A stretch of DNA of 64,000 bases, from assembly GCA_963729625.1 (NCBI GenBank), contig CAVSOU010000011.1, forward strand, positions 544,001 through 608,000, given 5' to 3'. The notes below the pieces were generated by a model. That model ran no database searches. It saw only the letters and a list, made by a program, of their open reading frames with translations, and was not told the origin of the DNA. This document shows, piece by piece, positions 20,959 to 30,692 of the stretch; the first letter of the stretch is position 1; each line of letters begins with the position of its first letter. The translations under genes were made by a program, and so were the position numbers. The DNA comes from an uncultured bacterium (GTDB lineage Bacteria > Chloroflexota > UBA5177 > JANWHV01).

Positions 20959-22377
20959 TTGATCTTCCCGACCATTCAGTTCGCGGCGTTCTTCGCCATC
21001 GTTCTTCCGATCTCCTGGCTCCTCATGCCGCGGGCCAGACTCTGGAAGCTGTTCATCATTGCCGCGAGCTATGTCTTCTACGGCTATGCGGATTGGCACT
21101 TCGTCTTTCTGCTGGCGAGTTGCACGATTTGGAACCAGGCGATGGGCGTCGCGCTGGGCCGTCCAAATGTGCCCGAGCGTGCGCGTACTTTGCTGCTTGG
21201 CCTGGCCCTGGCGGGCGATCTCGGATTGCTCGGATGGTTCAAGTATTACGGGTTCTTTGCCAGCAACTTCGCTACGCTGAGTGCTAAGTTCGGCCTGGCG
21301 GCGCCGCTGCCGCTTCTCCAGGTGGTCCTCCCCGTGGGCATCTCCTTCTACACGTTCCAGGCGATGTCCTATGTCATCGATATCCGCAGGGGGCGAGCAA
21401 AGCCGGCCGGCTGGCTGGACTTCGCTGTGTACGCGTCGTTCTTCCCGCACCTGATCGCCGGACCTATCGTGCGCGCCAGCGAGCTCGTGCCGCAATTTGC
21501 CTCGCCGCGCGACCCCACCAAGATTGAGGCGGCACGCGCGTTTGAGCTCATCGCGGGAGGCCTTCTCAAGAAGGTCGTCCTCGCGGACATGATCGCCTCC
21601 AAACTCGTCGACCCCGTGTTCGGCTCGCCTAACGCGCACTCTCGCATTGACATCATCGCCGCGGTCTATGGCTATGCTATTCAAATCTATTGCGACTTCT
21701 CGGCGTACTCCGACATGGCAATCGGCCTGGCGCTGCTGCTTGGCTTCCAGTTCCCTGCCAACTTCAACAAACCCTACGCGGCGTTGACGCTGCAGGAATT
21801 CTGGCACCGGTGGCATATGAGCCTCTCGCGCTGGCTGCGTGACTACCTCTACATCGGGCTCGGCGGCAATCGAAAGGGACGTGGCCGGACATACATCAAC
21901 CTCATGCTGACGATGCTCTTGGGCGGGCTGTGGCACGGGGCTGCGTGGAACTTCGTGCTTTGGGGCGGAATCCATGGCGGTGGGCTGGCGACCGAGCGGT
22001 GGATTGAGGAGCGACAAGGAACCCGGAAGAGCGGCAGGCCGGTACGCCGACCCGTTCTCCGCTGGCTGATCACGTTTAACGTGGTATGCCTCTCATGGAT
22101 CTTCTTCCGCGCCTACAGCCTGGACACGATCGGCGAGATGTTCAATCGCGTCGCGTACGGCGGCGGTGTCACGACCCTGACAACACCCGTTCTGGCGGCC
22201 ATTCTGGCCGGACTCGCCCTGCAGTTCGTGCCAACCGCTCCCGTGCTCCAGGCGCGGCTGCTGTTCGCCCGCATCGGCCCCGTGCCCCAGGGCATCGTTC
22301 TGGCATCGATTCTGCTCATCAGCGGTGCACTGGTCAGTGGCCAGGGTGTCGCGCCATTTATCTACTACCAGTTCTGA
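20959..22377 (+). CDS. MBOAT family O-acyltransferase (AlgI/PatA-like)
   Basis: LPVGISFYTFQAMSY, FFPHLIAGPIVR, YCDFSAYSDMA, FWHRWHMSLS, GLWHGA catalytic His. Confidence 0.96.
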   Translation: MIFPTIQFAAFFAIVLPISWLLMPRARLWKLFIIAASYVFYGYADWHFVFLLASCTIWNQAMGVALGRPNVPERARTLLLGLALAGDLGLLGWFKYYGFFASNFATLSAKFGLAAPLPLLQVVLPVGISFYTFQAMSYVIDIRRGRAKPAGWLDFAVYASFFPHLIAGPIVRASELVPQFASPRDPTKIEAARAFELIAGGLLKKVVLADMIASKLVDPVFGSPNAHSRIDIIAAVYGYAIQIYCDFSAYSDMAIGLALLLGFQFPANFNKPYAALTLQEFWHRWHMSLSRWLRDYLYIGLGGNRKGRGRTYINLMLTMLLGGLWHGAAWNFVLWGGIHGGGLATERWIEERQGTRKSGRPVRRPVLRWLITFNVVCLSWIFFRAYSLDTIGEMFNRVAYGGGVTTLTTPVLAAILAGLALQFVPTAPVLQARLLFARIGPVPQGIVLASILLISGALVSGQGVAPFIYYQF

Positions 22378-22387
22378 GGGAGTACAG

Positions 22388-23956
22388 GTGTCCGCGCTAC
22401 CCGACACCGAGTTCAAGCAGATACCGCCGATGGTGATGGCCCGCAGAGAGCGGGTCCGCATCGCGCCTGCCCGACCGGTAGCCATAGACTACAGTGCGGC
22501 GCGGGCGCTCTCGCCAACTACCTCGATCCAGAAGGTGTTGCTGACGGTCGGCATCGCCCTTGTATTGGGGCTGCTGCTCAATGCCCGTTCCATCAGACAC
22601 GACGCCGACGGCATGAATGACGGTATCTTTCGGGATGCGACAATCCGCGTGGGAGACACTGCCCTGTGGATCTCCGAGCATACCGGCCTCACTTGGCCGC
22701 GCGACCAGGTGGATGCCGCACTGGGTAACACAATCCAGCCCTCGATACCTCCGCTCCTGCAGATGGACGGCAACGGGGCCCAGACAGAGCTCGATATTCC
22801 CGCCGCCGATCCGCCCATGCAGCAATTCGGCACTCTTGGTGGCGACCCGCGCTTCGGCCCTCCTGTGACTGCAGGGCTCGTCGCCGTCGTCGCGAGGCCG
22901 AGCGCAACACGCGCGCCTCCCACGCCGTCGCAAACACCGCTCCCGACGACCACCGCCGTACCCACCTTCCCGACGAGCACTCCCATACCGAGCGCCACGC
23001 GTGCGACCACCTGCGCCAGGACGCCCGCCTCGACAACATGCGGACGATCCGCGACCAAGGGCCCACTGAGCGCTATCCGGGAACAAAGCGCCGCGCATCC
23101 GGCTTTGAACGGGACGCACCTGGACGAGTCGGCCTGCGCGCGCTTGCCCGCCAGCCCATGCCGGCCCTGGCCGAAATTGCCGGCGGTACCGATCCGCACG
23201 AGCACGCCGCGACCCTCCGCCACGATTCGCGCAACTGCCACCTCGACAATACTGCCGACTGCCACTGCCACCGCCCGGCCTACGATCACCCCGACGGCCG
23301 GACCGCCGCCTCGCGTGGTAACGAGCAACGCCCCACTTCGCCTGTTGGTTACCGGAGACTCGCTCTCGGGCTATCTTGCGCCTGAGCTGGTAGATAGGGC
23401 CGTGGCGATCGCGCCCGTAACCGGCTTCGTGGATACGCACAACGGCACCGGGCTCACGCGTCCGGACTTCGTCGACTGGTCGATCGTCGCGGCACAGCAG
23501 GTTGCCTCTGACAACCCGGACGCGGTGGTGGTAATCATGGGTGGGAATGACTTCCAGAACATGACCATGCCGAACGGCCAGATCTTCCTGGCGGGTACTC
23601 CGGCATGGAGGCGCGAGTACGAGCGTAGGGCCGAGATCTGCATGCGTATATGGACGCAAGGCGGCAGCAAGCGGGTCTACTGGCTGTCTATGCCACCTGC
23701 TCGCAACAGCACGTGGGCGTTCGATGACCATCAGATCAACGCTGCCCTGCAGGCCGCGGCGGCAGCCGTGCCTGGCGCGCGGTTCCTCAATGTTCTGGGT
23801 CCGGTCACCGACCACGGCAAGTATGTCGACTACGTTCACTGGCACGGGAGCTGGCTGCTGATCCGCGAGCCGGACGGCGTGCATCTCAACCAAGATGGCT
23901 CGCTCATCGTCGCGGGCGAAGTCTTGAGTGTGATCGAGCGCGAGTGGCACCTGTAG
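22388..23956 (+). CDS. Membrane-anchored SGNH/GDSL protein (DUF459, PatB-like) with Pro/Thr linker
   Basis: GDSL, TGLTRPD..DW, GGND and DGVH SGNH blocks; directly downstream of the MBOAT gene. Confidence 0.88.
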   Translation: MSALPDTEFKQIPPMVMARRERVRIAPARPVAIDYSAARALSPTTSIQKVLLTVGIALVLGLLLNARSIRHDADGMNDGIFRDATIRVGDTALWISEHTGLTWPRDQVDAALGNTIQPSIPPLLQMDGNGAQTELDIPAADPPMQQFGTLGGDPRFGPPVTAGLVAVVARPSATRAPPTPSQTPLPTTTAVPTFPTSTPIPSATRATTCARTPASTTCGRSATKGPLSAIREQSAAHPALNGTHLDESACARLPASPCRPWPKLPAVPIRTSTPRPSATIRATATSTILPTATATARPTITPTAGPPPRVVTSNAPLRLLVTGDSLSGYLAPELVDRAVAIAPVTGFVDTHNGTGLTRPDFVDWSIVAAQQVASDNPDAVVVIMGGNDFQNMTMPNGQIFLAGTPAWRREYERRAEICMRIWTQGGSKRVYWLSMPPARNSTWAFDDHQINAALQAAAAAVPGARFLNVLGPVTDHGKYVDYVHWHGSWLLIREPDGVHLNQDGSLIVAGEVLSVIEREWHL

Positions 23957-23964
23957 GTTTTGTA

Positions 23965-25122
23965 ATGTCTGGACCTTTGCCCGACCTCTATCCACTTCGT
24001 ACCGATCCCGTCTATCGATACTACGTGTGGGGCGGCACTCGGCTGAGCGATCTCATGCGGAAGCCCACCGGACCGGAAGGTACGCTGGCCGAATCCTGGG
24101 AGATCGGCGACGACGCGCGCATCGCGGAAGGCGACTGGCGAGGCAAGACCTTACGCGAGGTCGACGAAGCGACCGACGGTGGTATCTCGGACGGGGCTCC
24201 CCACTATCCCAATGCCCGCCTGCCGCTCCTCATAAAGCTCTCGGGATCGTCGCAGGATCTGTCCGTCCAGATCCATCCGAACGACGAACAGGCGCTGCGC
24301 GACGATCCCGGGCGCGGTTTTCCCGGCAAGACCGAGATGTACCTGATCCTGGATGCCGAGCCGGGCGCCGGGGTCTACTGGGGGCTGCGCTCCGGCGTCA
24401 CGGCCGAGCAGCTGCGGGAGGCATGTCGCACCGGCCGCGGCGTGCCCGAGCTGATCAACTTCGTGCCGGTGAAGGCAGGCGACGTGCTCTTCTCGCCAGC
24501 GGGCGTCGTGCATGCCCTGGGAAAAGGTATCGTCTTCTGCGAGGTGCAGCAGAACTCGGACATAACCTACCGCCTCTACGATTGGGGCCGCGCCGGGACA
24601 GACGGCAAGCCGAGACCGCTGCACCTGGACCGGGGTATCGCAGTTCTTGACATAAGTCAGCAGCCTCGTGCCGCAATTCGGCCGCTATCGTTGCCTGTAT
24701 CCGACGCCACTGTGCGGCGCACGATGCTTTGCGCTTGCCGCTACTTCGCCGTCGAGCTCCTGGAGTTTTCCGGTGAGGCCGCCGTTGCTGGGAGAGCGCC
24801 GCACGCCGGTGCGGAGCACGCCGATCTGGCCGCGGCCGGAATCGTGCATGCGTTTGGCTTGCGCCGCGCGCGGCAGTCCATGCGCGGCATTGTCGTGCTC
24901 GACGGTGAAGTGGCCGTCGCCGCCAACAGGCGAGTCGTCGTTGCCGGCAAAGGTCGCAGCATTGTGGTCCCGGCGTCTCTCGCAGATGCGGCTCTGGGCT
25001 CAAGCGGCCGGGCTCGCGTGGTGCTGGTGTACGAACCGGACCTCGCGGCCGACGTCGTCGCTCCCCTGCGCAGCCAGGGGCATGCCGCCGAGCTGATAGC
25101 TCAGCTGGGCGAATTGGGCTGA
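23965..25122 (+). CDS. manA: Class I mannose-6-phosphate isomerase
   Basis: VWGG, AESWE, PLLIK, LSVQIHP, GKTE, HALG, EVQQNSDITYRLYDW. Confidence 0.9.
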   Translation: MSGPLPDLYPLRTDPVYRYYVWGGTRLSDLMRKPTGPEGTLAESWEIGDDARIAEGDWRGKTLREVDEATDGGISDGAPHYPNARLPLLIKLSGSSQDLSVQIHPNDEQALRDDPGRGFPGKTEMYLILDAEPGAGVYWGLRSGVTAEQLREACRTGRGVPELINFVPVKAGDVLFSPAGVVHALGKGIVFCEVQQNSDITYRLYDWGRAGTDGKPRPLHLDRGIAVLDISQQPRAAIRPLSLPVSDATVRRTMLCACRYFAVELLEFSGEAAVAGRAPHAGAEHADLAAAGIVHAFGLRRARQSMRGIVVLDGEVAVAANRRVVVAGKGRSIVVPASLADAALGSSGRARVVLVYEPDLAADVVAPLRSQGHAAELIAQLGELG

Positions 25123-26030
25123 GACGGCAGATCCCGAGCCAGGGCACGCCGCGCCAACTCGATTGCGCCGAGCATGCCGCACTGCGATCCGAGGTCGGGA
25201 GGAACAATGTACGAATCGATGGCGCCTGGATTCACGGCGGAGTGCCGCAGGTAGCCGTTAGTAATCCGGGTCACACGATCGCGGATGCGCGGGAACAGGT
25301 GCCGCTGCTCCATGACACCGCCGCCGAGCACGACGCGCCGCGGCGACAGCGTGTACATGATATCGGCGACCGCTGTGGCGAGATAGAATGCCTCCAGATC
25401 CCAGAGCGGATCGTCTGGCGCCAGCTCCTGAGCCGGCTTCCCGGCGCGAGCGCCCAGTGCCGGTCCGCTCGCCACACCTTCCAGACAGCGGTCGTGAAAC
25501 GGGCAGACGCCGCGGAACGTATCGCCGGCCACTGCCGGCATGACCAGATGCCCCATCTCGGGGTGGATAAGCCCGTGGAGCGGCGCTCCGTTGACGTACG
25601 CTCCGCCGCCTATACCGGTCCCAACGGTGAGATACACGACCGGATCGACGCCCTGCGCCGCTCCCCACCGGTGCTCGGCCAGCGCGGCGGCATTGACATC
25701 GGTGTCAAAGCCGATTGTCACGCCGAGGCGATCCCGCAGCGCTCCCACGATGTTGAGCTGCTGCCAACCCGCTTTGGGCGTGGACGTGATATACCCGTAC
25801 GTCGGCGACGTTGCATCGAGATCGATCGGACCGAATGACGCGAGGCCGACCGCTGCCAAGCGCCTGTCCGCACCGGCCGTCTGGAAGAAGTCGAACACAG
25901 CCTCCAGCGTGGTCTCAGGGTCCGCGGTAGGAATCGTGGCGACCGCCAGGATATCGAGCGGACCCGTGCCGAGCATGCACTTGAACTTGGTGCCACCGCC
26001 CTCGATGCCGCCATATATGCTGCTCTCCAT
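25101..26030 (-). CDS. ROK family kinase (fructokinase-like)
   Basis: GGIEGGGTKF, TPK.GW, DTDVNAAA, TVGTGIGGG, HPEMGH, CPFH..CLEG. Confidence 0.93.
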   Translation of the reverse strand: MESSIYGGIEGGGTKFKCMLGTGPLDILAVATIPTADPETTLEAVFDFFQTAGADRRLAAVGLASFGPIDLDATSPTYGYITSTPKAGWQQLNIVGALRDRLGVTIGFDTDVNAAALAEHRWGAAQGVDPVVYLTVGTGIGGGAYVNGAPLHGLIHPEMGHLVMPAVAGDTFRGVCPFHDRCLEGVASGPALGARAGKPAQELAPDDPLWDLEAFYLATAVADIMYTLSPRRVVLGGGVMEQRHLFPRIRDRVTRITNGYLRHSAVNPGAIDSYIVPPDLGSQCGMLGAIELARRALARDLPSQPNSPS

Positions 26031-26060
26031 CGTTCTCCCCGTCACGGTACCCGTAACCCT

Positions 26061-27023
26061 CTAGTACACAACCAGCTTGGTAGGCAGCACGACCGTCTGC
26101 TGTGGGCCGCTGTCACCGGCCAAGCGCGCCAGGAGTAGGCGCGCGCCAACGCGACCCATCTCCGCGGGATCGTGCACGATCAGCGCATCGATCGCGGAGA
26201 TCATGTCTGCCAGTTCCAGCTCGTCAAACCCGAGCACCGCGATCTGGGCCTTGCGCGCGATCACGGCGCGGAGCACGCCCACACACGCCCTGTTGTTCAT
26301 GGCGAACACAGCAGAGGGAGGCCTGGCCATCGCCAACAACTGGTGAGCGCATGCTTCCGCCCCGGCCACAGTCCAAGCGCCAAGCTTGATCAGCGACTCG
26401 TCGCACGAGAGGCCGACAGTGGAAAAAGCCGTTCGGTAGCCGGCCAGGCGCTCGCCCGCCGTGTAGAGCGAGAGGTCGTCTCCCACCACTCCGATGCGCC
26501 GGTGGCCTTGCATGACCAGGTACGAGATGCCTTGCTGCGCGCCACCTCGGTTGTCGAGAAGCACGCAGTCGGAAAGCCTGTCCGGCGCTGGGCGATCGAG
26601 AAACACTTTCGGGATGCGACTCTCGGAGCCTGGCCCTGCGCGACCGCTGGCTGGCACGACCAGGAGTCCGGCAATATGCTGCCTGCACAATGCCTTTACC
26701 AGGTCGTCTTCACGCCTGGCATGCTCCTCCGAGCTGCCCGAAACGACCAGGAACCCCGCCTGGGCAGCAACGTCTTCCACGCCACGGGCAATCCCGGAGT
26801 AGAAGGGATTCGCCAAGTCGCCGATGACGAGCCCAAGCAGCGGCTGCGAGTGGCCTCCTCGCAGGCTTCGCGCCACCGCGCTGGGGTGGAACTGCAGCGC
26901 CGTGACTGCCGCCTGTACTCGTTCAGAGGTCTCCGCGCGCACGCCGGGCTCGCCGTTGACCACGCGCGAGACGGTCTTCAGGCTTACGCCTGCCATGGCA
27001 GCCACGTCGCGCATAGTTGCCAT
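26061..27023 (-). CDS. LacI family transcriptional regulator
   Basis: TMRDVA..AGVS.KTVSRVVN HTH plus sugar-binding domain. Confidence 0.96.
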   Translation of the reverse strand: MATMRDVAAMAGVSLKTVSRVVNGEPGVRAETSERVQAAVTALQFHPSAVARSLRGGHSQPLLGLVIGDLANPFYSGIARGVEDVAAQAGFLVVSGSSEEHARREDDLVKALCRQHIAGLLVVPASGRAGPGSESRIPKVFLDRPAPDRLSDCVLLDNRGGAQQGISYLVMQGHRRIGVVGDDLSLYTAGERLAGYRTAFSTVGLSCDESLIKLGAWTVAGAEACAHQLLAMARPPSAVFAMNNRACVGVLRAVIARKAQIAVLGFDELELADMISAIDALIVHDPAEMGRVGARLLLARLAGDSGPQQTVVLPTKLVVY

Positions 27024-27142
27024 ACAGCCCTCATCCCCGGTCCGACCTGCAGCGAACCCACGTGGGCAGAACGAACAAGCCAGTCCGCGACATATCCCAC
27101 CTCGGGACAGCGCGGCTGCCCATCCTCTAGTCTACACCACGT

Positions 27143-27156
27143 TGACAACGTTGTCA
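27143..27156. promoter_or_regulatory. LacI-type operator O1 (TGACAACGTTGTCA)
   Basis: Perfect 14-bp palindrome with central CG, in the divergent lacI/ABC intergenic region. Confidence 0.85.
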
Positions 27157-27174
27157 CCATGCTGCCGCAGCCAG

Positions 27175-27203
27175 TTGACAACGCCCGGGATGGGTGCCAT
27201 AAT
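27175..27203 (+). promoter_or_regulatory. Sigma70-type promoter for the sugar ABC operon
   Basis: TTGACA, 17 bp, CATAAT with extended TG at 27195-27196. Confidence 0.85.
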
Positions 27204-27219
27204 AGGGCGCAGTCGTGCA

Positions 27220-27233
27220 GGACAACGTTGTCA
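27220..27233. promoter_or_regulatory. LacI-type operator O2 (GGACAACGTTGTCA)
   Basis: 13/14 match to O1, just downstream of the predicted TSS. Confidence 0.85.
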
Positions 27234-27344
27234 TGCCGCGTGAGCGCGTGACGGCAGCGCGATTGGCCGCATCGTTGCCCAACACTACTGGCAAACTATC
27301 GACGGCCGGAGGTCGTCTCGCCACGAGCGTCGCGGAGGACTCGG

Positions 27345-28124
27345 GTGGTAGAAGACAATCAACCGATTTTGGAGGCGCGCGGCATCACCCGCAGCTTTGG
27401 GCGGGTGGTGGCCCTGCGCGGGGCGGACTTCTCAGCCAGGCTCGGCGAGGTGTCGGCGTTGGTCGGCGATAACGGGGCCGGGAAGTCGACATTGATCAAG
27501 ATGTTCTCGGGTGCCCTGCAGCCGGACGCCGGGACCATGCTGCTGGAAGGAAAACCAATCACCTTCCACTCGCCGCAGGATGCTCGCCGGCACGGCATCG
27601 AGACGGTCTATCAGGACCTCGCTCTTGCGCCGCACCTCGACGTGACGTCGAACCTCTTTCTTGGTCGTGAAGCGCGTGTCCCCGGACCCCTGGGCAAGAT
27701 AGGCTTTCTCAACGACGGCGCCATGCGCAGGCGCGCTGCCCAGGAAATGGCAAGCCTGCAGATCGGTTTGTCGACCGTGCGGCAGCCGGTTTTCACGCTT
27801 TCCGGCGGCCAGCGCCAGGCCATCGCCGTCGCGCGCGCCACGGCCTGGGGCAACAAAGTCGTGATCATGGATGAGCCCACCGCCGCTCTCGGGGTGAGGG
27901 AATCGAAGATGGTGCTCGAGTTGATCTTGCGCGTTCGTGAGTCTGGAGCCGCCGTGATCATGATCAGCCACAGCATGCCTGAGGTCTTCGAGGTGGCCGA
28001 TCGGATCACCATTCTCAGGCTGGGCCGCACGGTCCGCCAAGTAAAACGCAGCGATTCGACGATGACCGAGGTCGTGGCATTCATGACCGGTGCTGCCGTT
28101 GAGCGACTGGCGGAGATCGAGTAA
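27345..28124 (+). CDS. Monosaccharide ABC transporter ATP-binding protein (FrcA-like)
   Basis: GDNGAGKST, LSGGQRQ, MDEPTAALG, ISH. Confidence 0.95.
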   Translation: MVEDNQPILEARGITRSFGRVVALRGADFSARLGEVSALVGDNGAGKSTLIKMFSGALQPDAGTMLLEGKPITFHSPQDARRHGIETVYQDLALAPHLDVTSNLFLGREARVPGPLGKIGFLNDGAMRRRAAQEMASLQIGLSTVRQPVFTLSGGQRQAIAVARATAWGNKVVIMDEPTAALGVRESKMVLELILRVRESGAAVIMISHSMPEVFEVADRITILRLGRTVRQVKRSDSTMTEVVAFMTGAAVERLAEIE

Positions 28125-29213
28125 ATGAGCGTATCAGCTGAGCGAGAAGCAAGCAGTCCCGATCCGGCTCCGCCGGGACCTTTAGCTGGCTACCGTCGCG
28201 CGATTCGACTCGTCGTTCGCGCCAGCAACCTGTATATATTCCTTGTATTGGTCATACTTCTAGGCCTGTTTAGCCTGATCAGTCCCGGTCATTCGTTCTG
28301 GGGCATCACGAACTTCAAGAACATCGCCTGGGACAGCGCGGAAACGCTCTTGCTGGCCATCGGCGAGACCTTCGTGATCATCACCGCCGGCATCGACCTT
28401 TCCGTCGGCACGGTGCTGATGCTCTCAGCCATCGTCGCCTCGTGGGTGATGGCGGAAACCGGCGGCACGTCCCAGCAGGTTGCCAACGGCGTGTTTCCTC
28501 ACGCCGGCCTGGCGATCGCGCTCGGCATTCTGGCTGGACTCGTGGTCGGGATCTTGGCAGGCGCGCTCAATGGGCTGCTGGTGACCCGACTGAAGCTGCC
28601 TGCATTCATCGTCACCCTGGGCACGTACAGCATCGCCTATGGCTTTGCCGAGCTGATCTTCTCGGAAGGCGCGGCGGGCCAGAATGCGATTCCGGTCGGC
28701 CCAAGCTCGTTTGCCAACTCCTTTGGTGCCGACAGCTTGGTCTGGGGTATACCCACGTTGGTGTTCGCGGCGGCAGTGGCGGCGCTGATCGCGCACGTCA
28801 TTCTGACCCGCACGATTTTCGGCCGCCGTACGTTTGCCGTGGGCAGCAATCTCGAGGCATCTCGCCTGGCTGGCGTGCCGGTAAACGTACATGTCTGGAT
28901 GGTCTACGCACTCTGCGGCGGCATGTCGAGCCTCGCCGGCATCTTCGACCTGGCTCGGTACCAGACCATCGATATTTCGGGCCACACGACTGACAACCTG
29001 AACGCTATTGCCGCGGTGGTGATCGGAGGCACCAGTCTCTTTGGCGGCGTCGGCTCCGTGCTCGGCACGGTGATCGGCGCCTTTATCCCGACCACGCTCC
29101 GGTATGGATTCACAATTCAGGGCGTCTCGTCGTTCTGGCAAGACGTTGCCGTAGGAACGATCATTATCTTCGCCGTGTTGGTCGATCAGGTCAGACGATC
29201 GCGCGCTACCTGA
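28125..29213 (+). CDS. Monosaccharide ABC transporter permease (RbsC/FrcC-like)
   Basis: GIDLSVG, FIVTLG, FGR..FAVGSN.EA, IAAVVIGGTSLFGG. Confidence 0.95.
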   Translation: MSVSAEREASSPDPAPPGPLAGYRRAIRLVVRASNLYIFLVLVILLGLFSLISPGHSFWGITNFKNIAWDSAETLLLAIGETFVIITAGIDLSVGTVLMLSAIVASWVMAETGGTSQQVANGVFPHAGLAIALGILAGLVVGILAGALNGLLVTRLKLPAFIVTLGTYSIAYGFAELIFSEGAAGQNAIPVGPSSFANSFGADSLVWGIPTLVFAAAVAALIAHVILTRTIFGRRTFAVGSNLEASRLAGVPVNVHVWMVYALCGGMSSLAGIFDLARYQTIDISGHTTDNLNAIAAVVIGGTSLFGGVGSVLGTVIGAFIPTTLRYGFTIQGVSSFWQDVAVGTIIIFAVLVDQVRRSRAT

Positions 29214-29348
29214 CGAGTAGCCTCCGGCCCACAGCCGAAGGCCCAGTCGCTGCCCCGGAAGGAGGTGGAAGCCGGCGCATGGGATCGCCGAACCGTGCAG
29301 GAACTGTTATTGTGACGACATCCGAGTAATCGCGAAAGAGGGTCACGC

Positions 29349-30326
29349 ATGCTGAAGCGAGCGCTAATCGGCGGCCTGCTCACCGCCGCACTACTCCTCA
29401 CGACCGCCCCTGTCATGCAGTCGACGCATGTGCAGGCCGCCAAGCAGTATAAGATTATCTTCGTCGCCGGCATTGCTTCCGATGCCTTCTACATCACCAT
29501 GAACCATGGCATCCAGGCCGAGGCGAAGGCGGAAGGCCTTCCGGCCCCGCAGTTCACCGGCTCTACGGCCGCCTGGGGCCCGAGCTACCAGACCCCCTTC
29601 CTCAATGCCGCCATCGCCAGGCACCCGGATCTCATCATCACCGCGCCGACCGATACCGTCGCCATGCGTGCTCCGATTCTGGCCGCGGTAAAAGCGGGAG
29701 TGCCGGTTCTCTTTGTCGACACTACCCTCAACGACCCGTCCATGGCTGTAACCACCATCTCTACCGACAACATCGCCGGTGGCAAGGCCGCGGCCGACGC
29801 CCTGGCGAAGGCGATCGGCGCGAAGGGCGGCAAGGTCGCGGGCGTAAACACGGTGCCCGGCGTCAGCACGACCGACCAGCGCATGCAGGGTTTCAACGCT
29901 GAGCTGAAGAAGTATTCTCAGCTCACCAATCTCGGCACGACCTTCACCGGCGACGTTTCGACGCGCGCTGGCATAGCGCTCAAGGCACTCGTGACTGCTC
30001 ACCCGGACCTCTCCGGCGTCTTTGCCATGAACGTGGTGACCGGTGACGGCGTCACCGCCGCGGCCAAGGAAGCAGGCGTCAAGGGCCTCAAGCTGGTTGA
30101 GTTCGATGCCGGACCGGCCCAGGTTGCAGCGCTCAAGAAGGGGCAGATCTCTGCTCTCATCGCGCAGTACCCCTATGGAATCGGCCAGATGGCCGTCAAG
30201 CTGGGCGTCCAGTACCTCAACAACCCCAAGATCAAACTGCTGCGGCACTACGGCACGCCGACCGGGATCATCACCCCGGCCAACGTGAGTAGCCCGTCGA
30301 TGGCGAACTTCCTGTACACGCAGTAA
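29349..30326 (+). CDS. Monosaccharide ABC transporter substrate-binding protein
   Basis: Signal peptide; DAFY, DN..GG, FD, LIAQYP type I periplasmic binding fold motifs. Confidence 0.93.
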   Translation: MLKRALIGGLLTAALLLTTAPVMQSTHVQAAKQYKIIFVAGIASDAFYITMNHGIQAEAKAEGLPAPQFTGSTAAWGPSYQTPFLNAAIARHPDLIITAPTDTVAMRAPILAAVKAGVPVLFVDTTLNDPSMAVTTISTDNIAGGKAAADALAKAIGAKGGKVAGVNTVPGVSTTDQRMQGFNAELKKYSQLTNLGTTFTGDVSTRAGIALKALVTAHPDLSGVFAMNVVTGDGVTAAAKEAGVKGLKLVEFDAGPAQVAALKKGQISALIAQYPYGIGQMAVKLGVQYLNNPKIKLLRHYGTPTGIITPANVSSPSMANFLYTQ

Positions 30327-30360
30327 TCGTTCACTGACCGGGCACGGACCCGGCAAGATG

Positions 30361-30400
30361 CGGGGGATGGGCGCAAAGGCGCCCATCCCCCGTTACTTTA
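30361..30400 (+). terminator. Rho-independent terminator of the ABC operon
   Basis: 14-bp stem CGGGGGATGGGCGC-AAAG-GCGCCCATCCCCCG followed by TTACTTTA. Confidence 0.8.
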
Positions 30401-30448
30401 CCGCGAGCATGAGCGCGCAAAATGTGACGGGCGATGTGTGGGCGTCTC

Positions 30449-30583
30449 GTAGGGCCGCGGACATCCTGTCCGCCTGCTCGTAGGGTCGCAACTTGCCGCG
30501 ACGGGCTGCCGGGCGGACGGCGGCACCGGGGCCCGCGCGCGCACCGGTCGGGACGGGCACAATGTCCGCATGCGGGTACCCGC
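30449..30583. repeat. Cluster of GTAG-type REP-like palindromes
   Basis: GTAG..GCGGACA-TCC-TGTCCGC (30449-30473), second GTAG-led hairpin at 30480, degenerate copy near 30555-30569, GCGGGTACCCGC 30572-30583. Confidence 0.5.
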
Positions 30584-30692
30584 GATCCCAGCAAGCCGGC
30601 GATCACACGATGCAGGTGCGCCCGTTACAGAAGCGGGTCAGTTTCCGAACAGCGCGATCTCGGGTACAGTGCATGCCAAGTGGAGGATCTGT

